64,000 nucleotides of DNA from Candidatus Gottesmanbacteria bacterium (lineage in GTDB: Bacteria; Patescibacteriota; Microgenomatia; UBA10105; UBA927). The DNA lies in NCBI GenBank assembly GCA_963714095.1, contig OY970230.1, positions 532,084 to 596,083 on the forward strand. The letters run 5' to 3'. The position numbers and the translations under genes were made by a program. Below are positions 20,830 through 30,947 of this stretch, piece by piece; the stretch's first letter is position 1, and every line of letters begins with the position of its first letter. The notes under the pieces were generated by a model. That model was not told the DNA's origin. It did no database searches and saw only the letters and a list, made by a program, of their open reading frames with translations.

Positions 20830-21507
20830 ATGGAAGTAAATGCGAAAGTCGCTGCGTTTTTTTCTCAAAAACCGGTTCATTCCTGCAAAAAAGGAGACAT
20901 GATACTCGCTCCGGGAGATCCGATATCGGACGTGTATTATGTACAGGCAGGACTCGTGCGGTTATATTGCCTCTTAGGTGACGGAAAGGAATTAACGCTG
21001 AATATATTCAAACCGGGGTCATATTTCCCCATGTTTTTGATTTTAAATAATACCGCGAATCTCAATTATTTCCAGGCAATGACGGCCGCAAAACTATCTA
21101 AAACTTCCAAAGAAGACGTAGTGCGTTTTATAAAAAACGAACCTGACGTTCTTTTGGACTTTACAAAACGGCTTTCTGTCGGACTTAACGGTCTTATAAC
21201 AACTATTCAGTATTCACTGTTCGGGTCCGTACATACGAGAATTATTTCCGCCCTCTTGTTGCTGGCAAAACGGTTCGGGCAGCCGCTGCCCGACGGATCG
21301 GTTATGATTGCCATTCATCTAACACATCAGGATATTGCAAATATTGTCGGCGTGGCACGCGAAACCGTCAGTATTGAAATGGAGCGCCTTGAGCAAAAAA
21401 AACTGGTCGCAGACAACCGGAGAAAAATTACCATACGTAATGTTCCGCATCTTGAGCGGGAGGCTCTTATCGACGGTGATATCCAGATCACGGATTATAG
21501 TTTGTAA
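20830..21507 (+). CDS. Crp/Fnr family transcriptional regulator
   Basis: cNMP-binding-fold N-terminus; HTH LTHQDIANIVGVARETVS. Confidence 0.93.
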   Translation: MEVNAKVAAFFSQKPVHSCKKGDMILAPGDPISDVYYVQAGLVRLYCLLGDGKELTLNIFKPGSYFPMFLILNNTANLNYFQAMTAAKLSKTSKEDVVRFIKNEPDVLLDFTKRLSVGLNGLITTIQYSLFGSVHTRIISALLLLAKRFGQPLPDGSVMIAIHLTHQDIANIVGVARETVSIEMERLEQKKLVADNRRKITIRNVPHLEREALIDGDIQITDYSL

Positions 21508-21518
21508 TCACAACTTTT

Positions 21519-21713
21519 TTAGTTCACCTGGGAGGTCAACAGCAGGACAAAATCGTGGAAAATACTATCTTCATACAATTTGTAAAGCCAACCGATTGAT
21601 ATGCGCTTTTCAATGATTAAATTATTCCACATATACCTGCGTTCCGCCGGGGAACCAAAATAGATCCTCTCTGAATGAACCGCATCTGCTGAAATGGTTT
21701 GGATATCTTTCAT
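21519..21713 (-). CDS. Possible small hypothetical protein
   Basis: 64-aa ORF filling the intergenic gap; no motif. Confidence 0.3.
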   Translation of the reverse strand: MKDIQTISADAVHSERIYFGSPAERRYMWNNLIIEKRISIGWLYKLYEDSIFHDFVLLLTSQVN

Positions 21714-21815
21714 ATATTCGCTACGTTGAGGCAGGAAAGAAGCGTTAATTTTTTGTTCAATTACCTGCCTCAACGCAGACTACATGAAGTGTACACTCTG
21801 AGAAAGTTTGAATTC

Positions 21816-21831
21816 CGTAATCTGGATTACA
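21816..21831. promoter_or_regulatory. Second putative Crp/Fnr-type operator upstream of the VIT1 gene
   Basis: CGTAATCTGGATTACA, 8 nt upstream of TATAAT (21840-21845). Confidence 0.5.
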
Positions 21832-21854
21832 AAATAACGTATAATAATAACCGG

Positions 21855-22547
21855 ATGCTGAGTACCATTGAACCCTATCATCATCGTATAAACTGGTTCG
21901 CCGATTTAATTCTCGGCGGACAGGACGGAATCGTAAATGTTTTAGGGTTAATCCTGGGAGTCACGGCCGCCAACGGCAGTAATAAAATCCTCCTCGCCGC
22001 GTCACTTGCTGCAGGGCTTGCAGAAGCCGTTTCCATGGCAGCAGTTTCCTATACGTCCCAACAATCAAATAAAAATCACTATGAAAAAGAAAAACGGCGG
22101 GAATACTATGAAGTCGATCATATGCCGGAGACGGAAAAAACGGAAATACGCGATATTTACCGCCAGCGTGGGTTTAAAGGAAAAATACTGGAAGATATTG
22201 TACAAACAATTACCGCTGATAAAGAGAGATGGGTTTCCAATATGATGACGGACGAACTGGGGCTGGAACCCGTGGAAACAGCAAACATAGTCAAATCTGC
22301 TATTTTAGTCGGGTTGTCTGCCGCTGTGGGGTCGCTCATTCCCGTATTGCCATTCTTTTTCCTTATAGGAAAACCGGCCGTTTTGATCAGTCTAATTCTC
22401 GCTGCCTGTACATTATTTACGGTAGGCGTGTATCAGGCAAAAATAATGGTAGGAAACTTGTGGAAAAGCGGCGTACAGATGATGGGTATCGGACTGGGAT
22501 CTGCACTTGTCGGCTTCCTCGTCGGAAATTTATTCAAAGCAGCATAG
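21855..22547 (+). CDS. VIT1/CCC1 family iron/manganese transporter
   Basis: LILGGQDGIV, AVSMAA, EKTEIRDIY..G, MMTDELGL. Confidence 0.9.
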   Translation: MLSTIEPYHHRINWFADLILGGQDGIVNVLGLILGVTAANGSNKILLAASLAAGLAEAVSMAAVSYTSQQSNKNHYEKEKRREYYEVDHMPETEKTEIRDIYRQRGFKGKILEDIVQTITADKERWVSNMMTDELGLEPVETANIVKSAILVGLSAAVGSLIPVLPFFFLIGKPAVLISLILAACTLFTVGVYQAKIMVGNLWKSGVQMMGIGLGSALVGFLVGNLFKAA

Positions 22548-22634
22548 GGACAATAACTTTCAAGGATTGATGCGGTCACCCCGGGATCCCGATTTTTACT
22601 TGTTATTATTGAAGGATATCCGTATTATAAATAT

Positions 22635-23201
22635 ATGGTAACACGTCAATATTTCGGATACGGGCCGACACTCAAAAACAGAAAAATCATAAAGGAGATT
22701 ATCGGGCGTGATCCCGGTGAAGGTCGAAGCGCCGTCATTAGAGGATTCCAGCTTGGATACCAAAGCTTAAGCCAAATACCCGAATCCGTTTCAAATAAAC
22801 TCCTGCAATTTTGGGGCGAGTCGTTTCGAGCGTACACATTAGTGAAAGGACCCGGCGTAGTCTCGGGAATTGTTTGGGAAATAACTGATGAAGAATTCAT
22901 CAAACTTCAACAATGGAATTTCGTCGGTGAATGGCGGATGATGACCAAAAATATTGTCATATTAGACGACAATACTGAGATCGCTGTAGATATGGATATA
23001 ACTCCCCCAACCCAATCGATTGAGGGCATAATTAAGAATGGAATGAAGGAGTTACCAAATCCCCTTCTTGAGGCTCTCCTTGAGGGAAAGAAGAAATTAA
23101 AGGATTACAAAGAAGGTATGGAGGAAGATGTCACCAAAACACGCGAAGTCTTGAGAATGATTGCTCAGAGGAAATATGATAATACACGAACGTATGCCTG
23201 A
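22635..23201 (+). CDS. Gamma-glutamylcyclotransferase-like (AIG2) fold hypothetical protein
   Basis: N-terminal YFGYG; VSGIVWEIT. Confidence 0.55.
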   Translation: MVTRQYFGYGPTLKNRKIIKEIIGRDPGEGRSAVIRGFQLGYQSLSQIPESVSNKLLQFWGESFRAYTLVKGPGVVSGIVWEITDEEFIKLQQWNFVGEWRMMTKNIVILDDNTEIAVDMDITPPTQSIEGIIKNGMKELPNPLLEALLEGKKKLKDYKEGMEEDVTKTREVLRMIAQRKYDNTRTYA

Positions 23202-23249
23202 TTGAAAATTGTATTTTCTCTCATTTGTGAGTACTATAGAACCAAGGAT

Positions 23250-23882
23250 ATGAAAAAACGGTTGTTCATTATTTCTTTCAGCATACTCTGCCTGACTCTC
23301 TTTGCACCAACGCAGGTTATTGCGCAGCAGACGACGCTTACTCCGACTCCAACCTCCACGACACAGCAAAAATGTCAGATAATTACGGCAAGAATCAGTG
23401 CGATGATTACAAATGCAAATAAACGCCTGCAACAAAGGCAATCGGGCGCTTCAACGAGAGCTGCAGCCATACAGAAGTCTATCCAAAATTTACAGGCAAA
23501 AGGAGTCGATGTATCAAAATTACAGGCAGACCTGACGCAGTTAACAACACTGCTCAACCAATCGGTTACGGATTTCCAACTGTATATAACGAAACTTCAG
23601 GCAACGCAAAATTTTACCTGTGGTGACGCTCAGGGGCAATTTAAACAGGCGCTTATCGCTGCACGGACACAACTGCAGGTTGTACGGCAGGATAATAAAA
23701 CCATCATGCAGTTTATCACCGGAACGCTGATGAAAGATTTGCAGGTACTCCGTCCGTCTACGGGTGCGGCGCGAGGGAATAGAGGCGTCGGAAGCGGAAG
23801 TGCATTTCCCAGAGGATTCAGACAAAATAGGTTTGGTAGCGGGACGCCCGGGGCGACAAACAGTCCGGTTCCGACGCAATAG
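23250..23882 (+). CDS. Secreted coiled-coil hypothetical protein
   Basis: Signal peptide; LQAKGVDVSKL; two Cys. Confidence 0.75.
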   Translation: MKKRLFIISFSILCLTLFAPTQVIAQQTTLTPTPTSTTQQKCQIITARISAMITNANKRLQQRQSGASTRAAAIQKSIQNLQAKGVDVSKLQADLTQLTTLLNQSVTDFQLYITKLQATQNFTCGDAQGQFKQALIAARTQLQVVRQDNKTIMQFITGTLMKDLQVLRPSTGAARGNRGVGSGSAFPRGFRQNRFGSGTPGATNSPVPTQ

Positions 23883-23891
23883 GTCGTATAT

Positions 23892-24170
23892 ATGAAAAAA
23901 ACACTGATTATCATACTTGTTCTATTGATTTTCGGAGGGGCGGCATTCTACATTATAAAAAAATACGCTTCCCCAAACACTCCGTCGTACCAAACAAATA
24001 CGACAACCGTTGTTCCCACAAACTCTACAAATGCAACCACGATACCGACGGGCAGTCCAAGCTCCATAACACAATCAAATGACGGCACGGATACAACTGC
24101 CATTGATCAAAATACGAAAGATGATAATGCAGACAGCGGATCGTTAGACAGCATGATATCTTCATTGTAG
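23892..24170 (+). CDS. Small membrane-anchored Thr/Ser-rich protein
   Basis: N-terminal TM, low-complexity tail. Confidence 0.7.
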   Translation: MKKTLIIILVLLIFGGAAFYIIKKYASPNTPSYQTNTTTVVPTNSTNATTIPTGSPSSITQSNDGTDTTAIDQNTKDDNADSGSLDSMISSL

Positions 24171-24221
24171 TTTTCCCTATTATTGACACCTTTCAGCCTC
24201 AAACGATATACTACTGCAATC

Positions 24222-24803
24222 ATGACACCGGTGAAACAACAGCGTTCTCCGTTTTTTATCGTACTACTCTGCGTAATTTCCAGTTTCATTGGCGGAGTTG
24301 CCGGCGCCGTAGGCCTGAAAATTTGGGAAGAACAACCAAATCAACGCATTGCAAACACGTATGAAGATGAAGTAGCCTCTTTCGTAAGCCCCACCACCGT
24401 CAAAAAAATGATTGATGAGAAAGATTCGACTTTTATTCTTGTAGACCTTCGTAGTAAACAGGAATACGACACCGAACATATTACCGGCGCCGTAAATATC
24501 CCGGCAGTATCGATGAACGCCGACCAGATAGTCAAGGCATTTCAGCGTCTTCCGAAAAAGAAACAGGTTATTGTCCATTGCTACAGCGCCTCATGCACGT
24601 TGGGCCGACAGATCGGCAAATTACTCGCGGAGCATGGTATCTTTGTGCAAGAAATGGATGTCGGATGGAACGAATGGCGCTATCATTGGGATCTTTGGAA
24701 TCCGGGTGCCGGACCATTGGACGGAAAAGCGTACATTGCTACCGGTGCGGCTGATCCGAATGCTCCCATTATCCCTTGTACCGCGGGAACGTTTGGATGT
24801 TAG
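24222..24803 (+). CDS. Membrane-anchored rhodanese-like protein
   Basis: LVDLRSKQEY..EHITGAVNIP, VHCYSASC. Confidence 0.88.
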   Translation: MTPVKQQRSPFFIVLLCVISSFIGGVAGAVGLKIWEEQPNQRIANTYEDEVASFVSPTTVKKMIDEKDSTFILVDLRSKQEYDTEHITGAVNIPAVSMNADQIVKAFQRLPKKKQVIVHCYSASCTLGRQIGKLLAEHGIFVQEMDVGWNEWRYHWDLWNPGAGPLDGKAYIATGAADPNAPIIPCTAGTFGC

Positions 24804-24839
24804 CCATAATTCCGCATCTTGATTGATTAGAAACCCTTA

Positions 24840-24858
24840 GTAGAGGATGTTTGGACTT
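24840..24858 (+). repeat. Intergenic repeat copy A (5'-truncated)
   Basis: GTAGAGGATGTTTGGACTT, 7 nt from the stop of minus-strand gene 24866. Confidence 0.7.
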
Positions 24859-24865
24859 TTTCGGA

Positions 24866-27190
24866 TTAATGAACCTTAATCACTCCGTTCGTCAGAGGCG
24901 TGATGGGAGCTGCTGTCGATGGGTCACGGGGCTGAGTGTCATAAATAGTGGTATTTGAGGAATCTGTAATCAGGATGCGCATTAAACTTTGTCCGCCGGT
25001 CTGACTGCCGTCAATACCGGAAAACAGGAAAGTATAACCGCCTGATCCGTTGATTGTACCTGTTCCTTCCACTGTTGCTTCTGCGCCGCTCACAACTAAC
25101 CACTGAAATGAAGTTGAGGAAAAATCAATATTCCCGGTTTTGAATGTAAATTTGCTCTGACCTATTGGAATAGTTAGATGTCCTCCATTATATTTCGCAT
25201 CTATGCCGAATTTTACGTCTCCTGCGGCCTGTGCATTCTGTTTATCCCACCCGGCGGTTGAATTATAGCTCCCCGAGCTCGTGAGAAAACCCCCTGACGG
25301 GTCGTAGACGACAACGTATTGGAACGGCGGGGAAACAGCGGACATACCGTCATCATCAGTGACAGTCAAAGTTATCGTATAGACACCGGCGCTTGTGTAT
25401 GTGTGCGTATCGCTTACCGATCCCGAACCGTTCGTTTCCGTGACTGTTCCGGCGGTTGTATTGCCATCCCCCCAGTTCCAGGACGCGGTGTGGGTATCCA
25501 GGACACCCGGATCTGAAAAAGTCGAAGACGCCGTGACTGCGTTTCCTACCTGGACAGACGTGGCTGTCGTAGAAATGGTATGTACGGTAGGCGGAACGTC
25601 ATGAACTGTAACTGCTCCCGTGCCTGTCCCTGTTGCGCCCTGGTTATCCGTAACTGTAACTGTAACTGTATATGTTCCTTCATCTTTGTAGACATGGGTA
25701 AGATTGAAGTTCGTACCGGAAAGTGTAAGCGGTTGCGTTCCTGATCCGTCACCATAATCCACCGTTGCATTCCAACCCATTGAATCCGGATCAGTAAAAG
25801 AACCGGAGGAGCTGTACGTATCGCCTTCATTGATAGTTGCAGACTGTATCGCGTTGACTACCGGAGGTTGATTTGGTGTGGGGGTCGGCGTACCCATATA
25901 GTATACAGCCCGAATGGAAACTGCGGTCGGATACGTCGGCAGACTAAGGAAAAGGTCTGCGGTATGATCTGCCGGTGCGATATACCAGGATGGATATACC
26001 GTTGTCGTATTTATGTCCCGGTCAGAAGATGTGGAAAAATCAAATGTACCGACATTCGTACAACCCAGCTGAAGACCACTCAAAAAACTATTCCACGTGA
26101 CGGTCTTTTCGTCATATGACGGACATCCGAAGATTGAGACTTTCGGACCACCGCTCAAAGGTTGTGGAACCATGTATAAGATCAAGTTATTTATTATCGC
26201 TCCGGACGGCAGCGAAGAGGAATCGAATTTTACTAAACCATCGACTTCCCTTCCAGACGATCCGGTATACGAAATTATCCGGGAGCTGGGATTTAAAAAG
26301 GTTTGACCGGGAAAAGAACTGTCAACATTGTTCATATTGAGGACATACAATAACGTATTAGTAGTAAAATCAGACCCCGTCAGCACGTTCGAGGTCCCCG
26401 GCACTAATTGCGGCACTATGTACCCCCATGGAGCATATGTCAGCCTGCCTGTATCGCCCGAGGGAGAATAATCGGACACAAACGGTCCTGTGTCATCGAA
26501 GTGCCATCCGCCAACCAAATTAGTCAAACTCGGATCGCCGGCAATTCCGGATCGGCCATTATCATAATCTGTCTGAATTTGTTCTTGGCTGTAACCGGTA
26601 TTAAAAATCTTCACTTCATCAATTAAACCGGAATAAAACCGTCTTGGAAAGTCTGCTGAATTCATTTCTGCACCAACCGTAGAAAGATTATTCATTGGTA
26701 CATTTGGACTTGTATAGTACTGCGTATCAGATTGCTTACCGTTAAGGTATAAATAGGAATCGCCGCCCCTTCGAACGAGTGCAACGTGTTGCCAGACATC
26801 ATTTTGCAATGGGATTCCCGGATTCAGCAACTTCACGGTGACTACGCCTCCATAAAGGCCAACTAACCGTAGCTTTCCGGTGCCGTCGTCCTGCACCGCA
26901 AGACCCCACCCCCCATAATCGTTGCCGTTGTAGTAAATCATTCCGACTGGTCCGACGGGTGGACTACCTATAATATTATTATTATTTGTTATTAACGCAT
27001 GCGGCTTAATCCATGCCGTAACCGTAAAATTATCAGTGGCATTTGTTGGACTATTCAAAAACTTTACGTATCCAACTTCCCCGTCGAAGGAAAGGACATT
27101 ATTAAACGGAACAGCGTAAACAGGTGAAGCGCGTGACGACAGGAATATGCCGATAAACAATAAGAAAATACAGAAAACAAATCTTTTCAT
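24866..27190 (-). CDS. Secreted LamG (concanavalin-like) plus two PKD domain surface protein
   Basis: FTVTAWIK, WQHVALVR, GLIDEVKIFN; PKD VDYGDGS and WNWGDG..HTYTSAGVYTITLTVTDDDG. Confidence 0.88.
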   Translation of the reverse strand: MKRFVFCIFLLFIGIFLSSRASPVYAVPFNNVLSFDGEVGYVKFLNSPTNATDNFTVTAWIKPHALITNNNNIIGSPPVGPVGMIYYNGNDYGGWGLAVQDDGTGKLRLVGLYGGVVTVKLLNPGIPLQNDVWQHVALVRRGGDSYLYLNGKQSDTQYYTSPNVPMNNLSTVGAEMNSADFPRRFYSGLIDEVKIFNTGYSQEQIQTDYDNGRSGIAGDPSLTNLVGGWHFDDTGPFVSDYSPSGDTGRLTYAPWGYIVPQLVPGTSNVLTGSDFTTNTLLYVLNMNNVDSSFPGQTFLNPSSRIISYTGSSGREVDGLVKFDSSSLPSGAIINNLILYMVPQPLSGGPKVSIFGCPSYDEKTVTWNSFLSGLQLGCTNVGTFDFSTSSDRDINTTTVYPSWYIAPADHTADLFLSLPTYPTAVSIRAVYYMGTPTPTPNQPPVVNAIQSATINEGDTYSSSGSFTDPDSMGWNATVDYGDGSGTQPLTLSGTNFNLTHVYKDEGTYTVTVTVTDNQGATGTGTGAVTVHDVPPTVHTISTTATSVQVGNAVTASSTFSDPGVLDTHTASWNWGDGNTTAGTVTETNGSGSVSDTHTYTSAGVYTITLTVTDDDGMSAVSPPFQYVVVYDPSGGFLTSSGSYNSTAGWDKQNAQAAGDVKFGIDAKYNGGHLTIPIGQSKFTFKTGNIDFSSTSFQWLVVSGAEATVEGTGTINGSGGYTFLFSGIDGSQTGGQSLMRILITDSSNTTIYDTQPRDPSTAAPITPLTNGVIKVH

Positions 27191-27268
27191 ACCCCGTTAA
27201 ATTAACGATATACCCTATAAAATTTTTGTCAAGAAGAGATACAGGTTAATATATTATATAATGAGCCA

Positions 27269-28936
27269 ATGCGGAATTATAAAATTTGGATACTCGTCCT
27301 CATCGGCTTTTTCGTATATGGAAACATACTTTTTAATAGTTTTTTGTTAGATGACGAAGTCCAAATACTCCGCGATACCGCAGTCCATTCACTTATTAAT
27401 TTCCCTACGTATTTTCTGGGCAGCACTTTTAATAACGGCGGAACGGCGATCGGATTATATTACAAGCCCCTCATGACGACTGGGTTTGCACTGATATATA
27501 GCATTTTCGGGGCACAGGCGTGGGCATTTCATTTTGTCCAGATTATCCTTCATATTACAACAGGAATTCTCGTGTACCTTATTCTCAAAAAACTCCTTAA
27601 ACATGACCTGCTCGCGTGGTTTCTCGCCGCCGTTTTTCTCGTTCATCCTATTAACTCGGAGGCTGTTGCATATATTGCTGATTATCAGGATGTACTTTTC
27701 CTTTTGTTTGGACTCCTGAGTTTATTTGCCGACTCCCCATACATTTCTGCTCTGCTTCTTTTCGCTTCACTTCTGTGTAAAGAAACAGGAATTGTCATGG
27801 CAGCAATTGTCACGCTTTACTATGTTCTATACAAACGAAATAAACTCAAGGTATTTCTTGCGAGTTTAACTGGGATATTGCTGCTATACGTTTTTTTACG
27901 GTTTGGAGTAGCTCACCTGCCGATCGGTAAAAGTAAACTCACTCCCATTGCCGTCCTGCCGCTCTCCGGACGTCTCATGAATGCTCCCGCCATTATGTTT
28001 TATTACTTAAAAACGTTTATCTGGCCGGACAATCTTGCCATTAATCAATTGTGGATAGTGAAAAAAATCACGTGGATGACATTTACGTTTCCTTTGCTTG
28101 CCGATACGGTTTTTTGCAGTCTGTTAGGATGGTTTTTGTTTGTTCTCAAGCGCACTCAATCAAAATTGCTAACTCCTTATCTTTTTTTCCTGTTTTGGAT
28201 TCTTGTCGGTATCGGTTTTCATCTACAACTTTTCCCTCTGGACGTCACAGTTTCCGCCCGATGGTTCTATCTCCCCATGATTGGTCTCCTGGGCATGATT
28301 GGATGCACATGGTTATTTTTATCGAGCCGCTTAACGATCAATCATTCTGTTAAAAAATTCTTGATCGGTGTCATAATTATCGTTCTAGTTTCTTTATCCA
28401 TCAGAACCTTTATGCGCACATTTGACTGGCGAAACGGACTAACTCTAACTAAACATGATCTTGCATTATCACCCGATAACTTTCTTTTAGAGAATAACTA
28501 TGGTGTAGAGCTATTCCGTATAGGGGAATTAGATGAGGCCTCGATACATTACCGGCGATCTATCGAACTCCAATCTCGTTGGTGGGAAAATTATAACAAT
28601 TTAGGGATTTATTACCTCCTTAAAGGAAATCTGAGTGCCGCAGAATCGTCATATATAAAATCAATTACTAACGGGGAATATTATGATGCCTACGCTAACC
28701 TTTCACTTCTCTATCTCAAAGAAAAACGATATGTGGAGTCACTTAACTACCTGGAAGAAACACTCCGACTTTTTCCACAAAGTCAGCAAAATTCAAAAAT
28801 TCTTTACGCGCTTGCCATCGACTATTACCAAACCGGCCAAAAAGAACAAGCATTAATTGTTGCATCCTCCCTACTAAAAATCGACTCAAGTTCTTTAAAT
28901 CAAGAACTGTATCAGTTTATCAAAACAAATAAATAG
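27269..28936 (+). CDS. TMTC-like GT-C membrane glycosyltransferase with C-terminal TPRs
   Basis: FLLDD, YYKPL, FLVHPINSEAVAYI, LCKE, RWFYLP; TPR NNLG. Confidence 0.82.
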   Translation: MRNYKIWILVLIGFFVYGNILFNSFLLDDEVQILRDTAVHSLINFPTYFLGSTFNNGGTAIGLYYKPLMTTGFALIYSIFGAQAWAFHFVQIILHITTGILVYLILKKLLKHDLLAWFLAAVFLVHPINSEAVAYIADYQDVLFLLFGLLSLFADSPYISALLLFASLLCKETGIVMAAIVTLYYVLYKRNKLKVFLASLTGILLLYVFLRFGVAHLPIGKSKLTPIAVLPLSGRLMNAPAIMFYYLKTFIWPDNLAINQLWIVKKITWMTFTFPLLADTVFCSLLGWFLFVLKRTQSKLLTPYLFFLFWILVGIGFHLQLFPLDVTVSARWFYLPMIGLLGMIGCTWLFLSSRLTINHSVKKFLIGVIIIVLVSLSIRTFMRTFDWRNGLTLTKHDLALSPDNFLLENNYGVELFRIGELDEASIHYRRSIELQSRWWENYNNLGIYYLLKGNLSAAESSYIKSITNGEYYDAYANLSLLYLKEKRYVESLNYLEETLRLFPQSQQNSKILYALAIDYYQTGQKEQALIVASSLLKIDSSSLNQELYQFIKTNK

Positions 28937-29076
28937 CTTATCAGAAGGCGCTAAAATGTTTTGTTCAGAGGGATGAATTCGAACTTAAAAACGTTTACTT
29001 GTTTTCAAGGTATATATGCCGAAAGACATACAATATGCAATAATACCCTTTTCATTATAAGTGTATAATAATTTCA

Positions 29077-29532
29077 ATGGAAAACGAATCGGAAATAACC
29101 AAAGCCAGTAAATTAAAACATAAATTAATATTAAATAGCACAGCCCAGGAAAAAATCCATGGCAACGGTATCATCGGTAAAGTAAATACTTTTTTAGCAG
29201 TTTTTATCACGAAGGCAGTAGGATCGATGTGGTGCGCATATATTTTTGCCATCCTTGCCATTATTTCTCTCCCGGCGGCCATACGATCCCATGATCCGAT
29301 TATTATCGTAGCCTGGACCGCCCAGACATTTTTACAGTTAGTCCTTTTGCCCATCATTATCGTAGGCCAAAATGTTCAGGCTGAGGCAAGTGATCAGAGG
29401 GCCCAAAATGACCATCTCATACTCATGGCCATCCATACGCTTTCAACCGAAATCTATAAAATTAATGAACGCCAAACCAAAATTCTCGATTTATTGGAAA
29501 AAAAGACAGAGTCACCCGGTAAAAAATCCTGA
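29077..29532 (+). CDS. DUF1003-like membrane protein
   Basis: ITKAVGSMWCAYIF, QTFLQLVLLPIIIVGQN. Confidence 0.7.
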   Translation: MENESEITKASKLKHKLILNSTAQEKIHGNGIIGKVNTFLAVFITKAVGSMWCAYIFAILAIISLPAAIRSHDPIIIVAWTAQTFLQLVLLPIIIVGQNVQAEASDQRAQNDHLILMAIHTLSTEIYKINERQTKILDLLEKKTESPGKKS

Positions 29533-29547
29533 TAGATTTTGCCTTCT

Positions 29548-29580
29548 TTGCGCCGATCGGCAGATGAAGATTCGAACTTA
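29548..29580 (+). repeat. Degenerate repeat-related site
   Basis: TTGCGCCGATCGGCAGATGAAGATTCGAACTTA overlapping the stop of minus-strand gene 29578. Confidence 0.5.
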
Positions 29581-29760
29581 TTTTTTCCGGTACAGTAGAA
29601 AAATATTGAGAGTCAATAAGAAAAGCAAACTAATATAGGAAACTTTTTGAACTATGGTACCGCTAAACCCTTCATCAATGCCGTTATAGGTAATCCAAAG
29701 AATAAAGATGAAGTCGCCAAAAATGGCTAGGTAGCGAAATAATTTATACCAATCACTCAT
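29578..29760 (-). CDS. Small two-TM protein
   Basis: Hydrophobic 60-aa ORF, WITYNGIDEGF. Confidence 0.7.
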   Translation of the reverse strand: MSDWYKLFRYLAIFGDFIFILWITYNGIDEGFSGTIVQKVSYISLLFLLTLNIFLLYRKK

Positions 29761-29769
29761 AAGGCGAAG

Positions 29770-30057
29770 TTATAAACCGAAACACATATTACCTACACAC
29801 GCCCATGGTAAATCCCCGTCCAGATACCATCTCCCGTGATACTTCACGATTTTAATCGTCTGGCCGTTGTCTGTTTTGCACATTCCGTAATCTTCTTTCT
29901 TTTCCAGTAATTGGACACATCCCCTAAACGCATAATAATTTTCAAACGTGCTATGAGCTTTTCTTAAAAACAGATATTGATGAATCATGAAAACAAAAAA
30001 CGTTATCCCAACCACAAGTGCAGCGACTATCATTATTTTATTCTTCGATAGTTTCAC
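29770..30057 (-). CDS. Small membrane-anchored Cys-containing protein
   Basis: N-terminal TM; FRGCVQL, WYLDGDLP; GTG start. Confidence 0.7.
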   Translation of the reverse strand: MKLSKNKIMIVAALVVGITFFVFMIHQYLFLRKAHSTFENYYAFRGCVQLLEKKEDYGMCKTDNGQTIKIVKYHGRWYLDGDLPWACVGNMCFGL

Positions 30058-30169
30058 CGAAGCAATTATATCAGAGAGTTCGAATACCCATTCATAGTTA
30101 TCATAAAAGGACCCTCTGGGTCTGCTCTAGAGATATGATTACAGAAGGGGTATTATTATTTCATTACGC

Positions 30170-30943
30170 ATGAATCTTAAAAAGATACTAACCACACAGG
30201 AATTTCTAAAGGTTCCCCAGATTACCGTCTTCTTCTGGGTCGTGAAACTACTCACGACGGCAATGGGTGAGTCCACTTCTGACTTCCTGGTCCATCATAT
30301 TAACCCGGTTATTGCTGTGGTATTAGGAGGCATTGGTTTTGCTGTCACCATAGTGCTACAGTTTTCGGTTCGAAAATATGTTGCGTGGATTTATTGGCTC
30401 ACCGTTACCATGGTTGCCATATTTGGAACTATGGCTGCAGACGTAATCCACATAGTTTTAGGGGTTCCGTATCTTATCTCAACCATATTCTTTGCAGTCG
30501 TACTGACCGGTATCTTTATTTTCTGGTACAAAACCGAGAAAACTTTTTCTATCCATAGTATCTACACTCCCCGCCGCGAATTATTTTACTGGGCTACCGT
30601 TATAGTGACATTTGCGCTTGGTACTGCGACAGGTGACATGACCGCAATAACATTAAATTTAGGATATCTAACTTCAGGTATTCTGTTTGCCATATTGTTT
30701 GTTCTACCACTCCTAGCTCACAAGCTATCTCACGTTAATGAAGTCCTGACTTTCTGGGCTGCCTATATTGTGACTCGACCGTTTGGTGCGTCATTTGCTG
30801 ACTGGTTTGGACGAACTCCGGATATGGGTGGTATTGGTTTTGGTACCGGACGAACGAGCATAGTCTTAACCGTTCTTATTATTCTTCTTGTTGGGTACCT
30901 AACAATTACCCGCAAGGATATTAAGAAACAAGAACGACTGTGA
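30170..30943 (+). CDS. COG4705/DUF347 repeat membrane protein
   Basis: KVPQIT..FW..KLLTTAMGE..SD, FGTMAAD, ALGTATGD, TRPFGASFAD. Confidence 0.88.
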   Translation: MNLKKILTTQEFLKVPQITVFFWVVKLLTTAMGESTSDFLVHHINPVIAVVLGGIGFAVTIVLQFSVRKYVAWIYWLTVTMVAIFGTMAADVIHIVLGVPYLISTIFFAVVLTGIFIFWYKTEKTFSIHSIYTPRRELFYWATVIVTFALGTATGDMTAITLNLGYLTSGILFAILFVLPLLAHKLSHVNEVLTFWAAYIVTRPFGASFADWFGRTPDMGGIGFGTGRTSIVLTVLIILLVGYLTITRKDIKKQERL

Positions 30944-30947
30944 AAAC

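Noticed and set aside
30070-30090. GAGTTCGAATACCC T-loop-like sequence
   Set aside because: Too short and no supporting flanks
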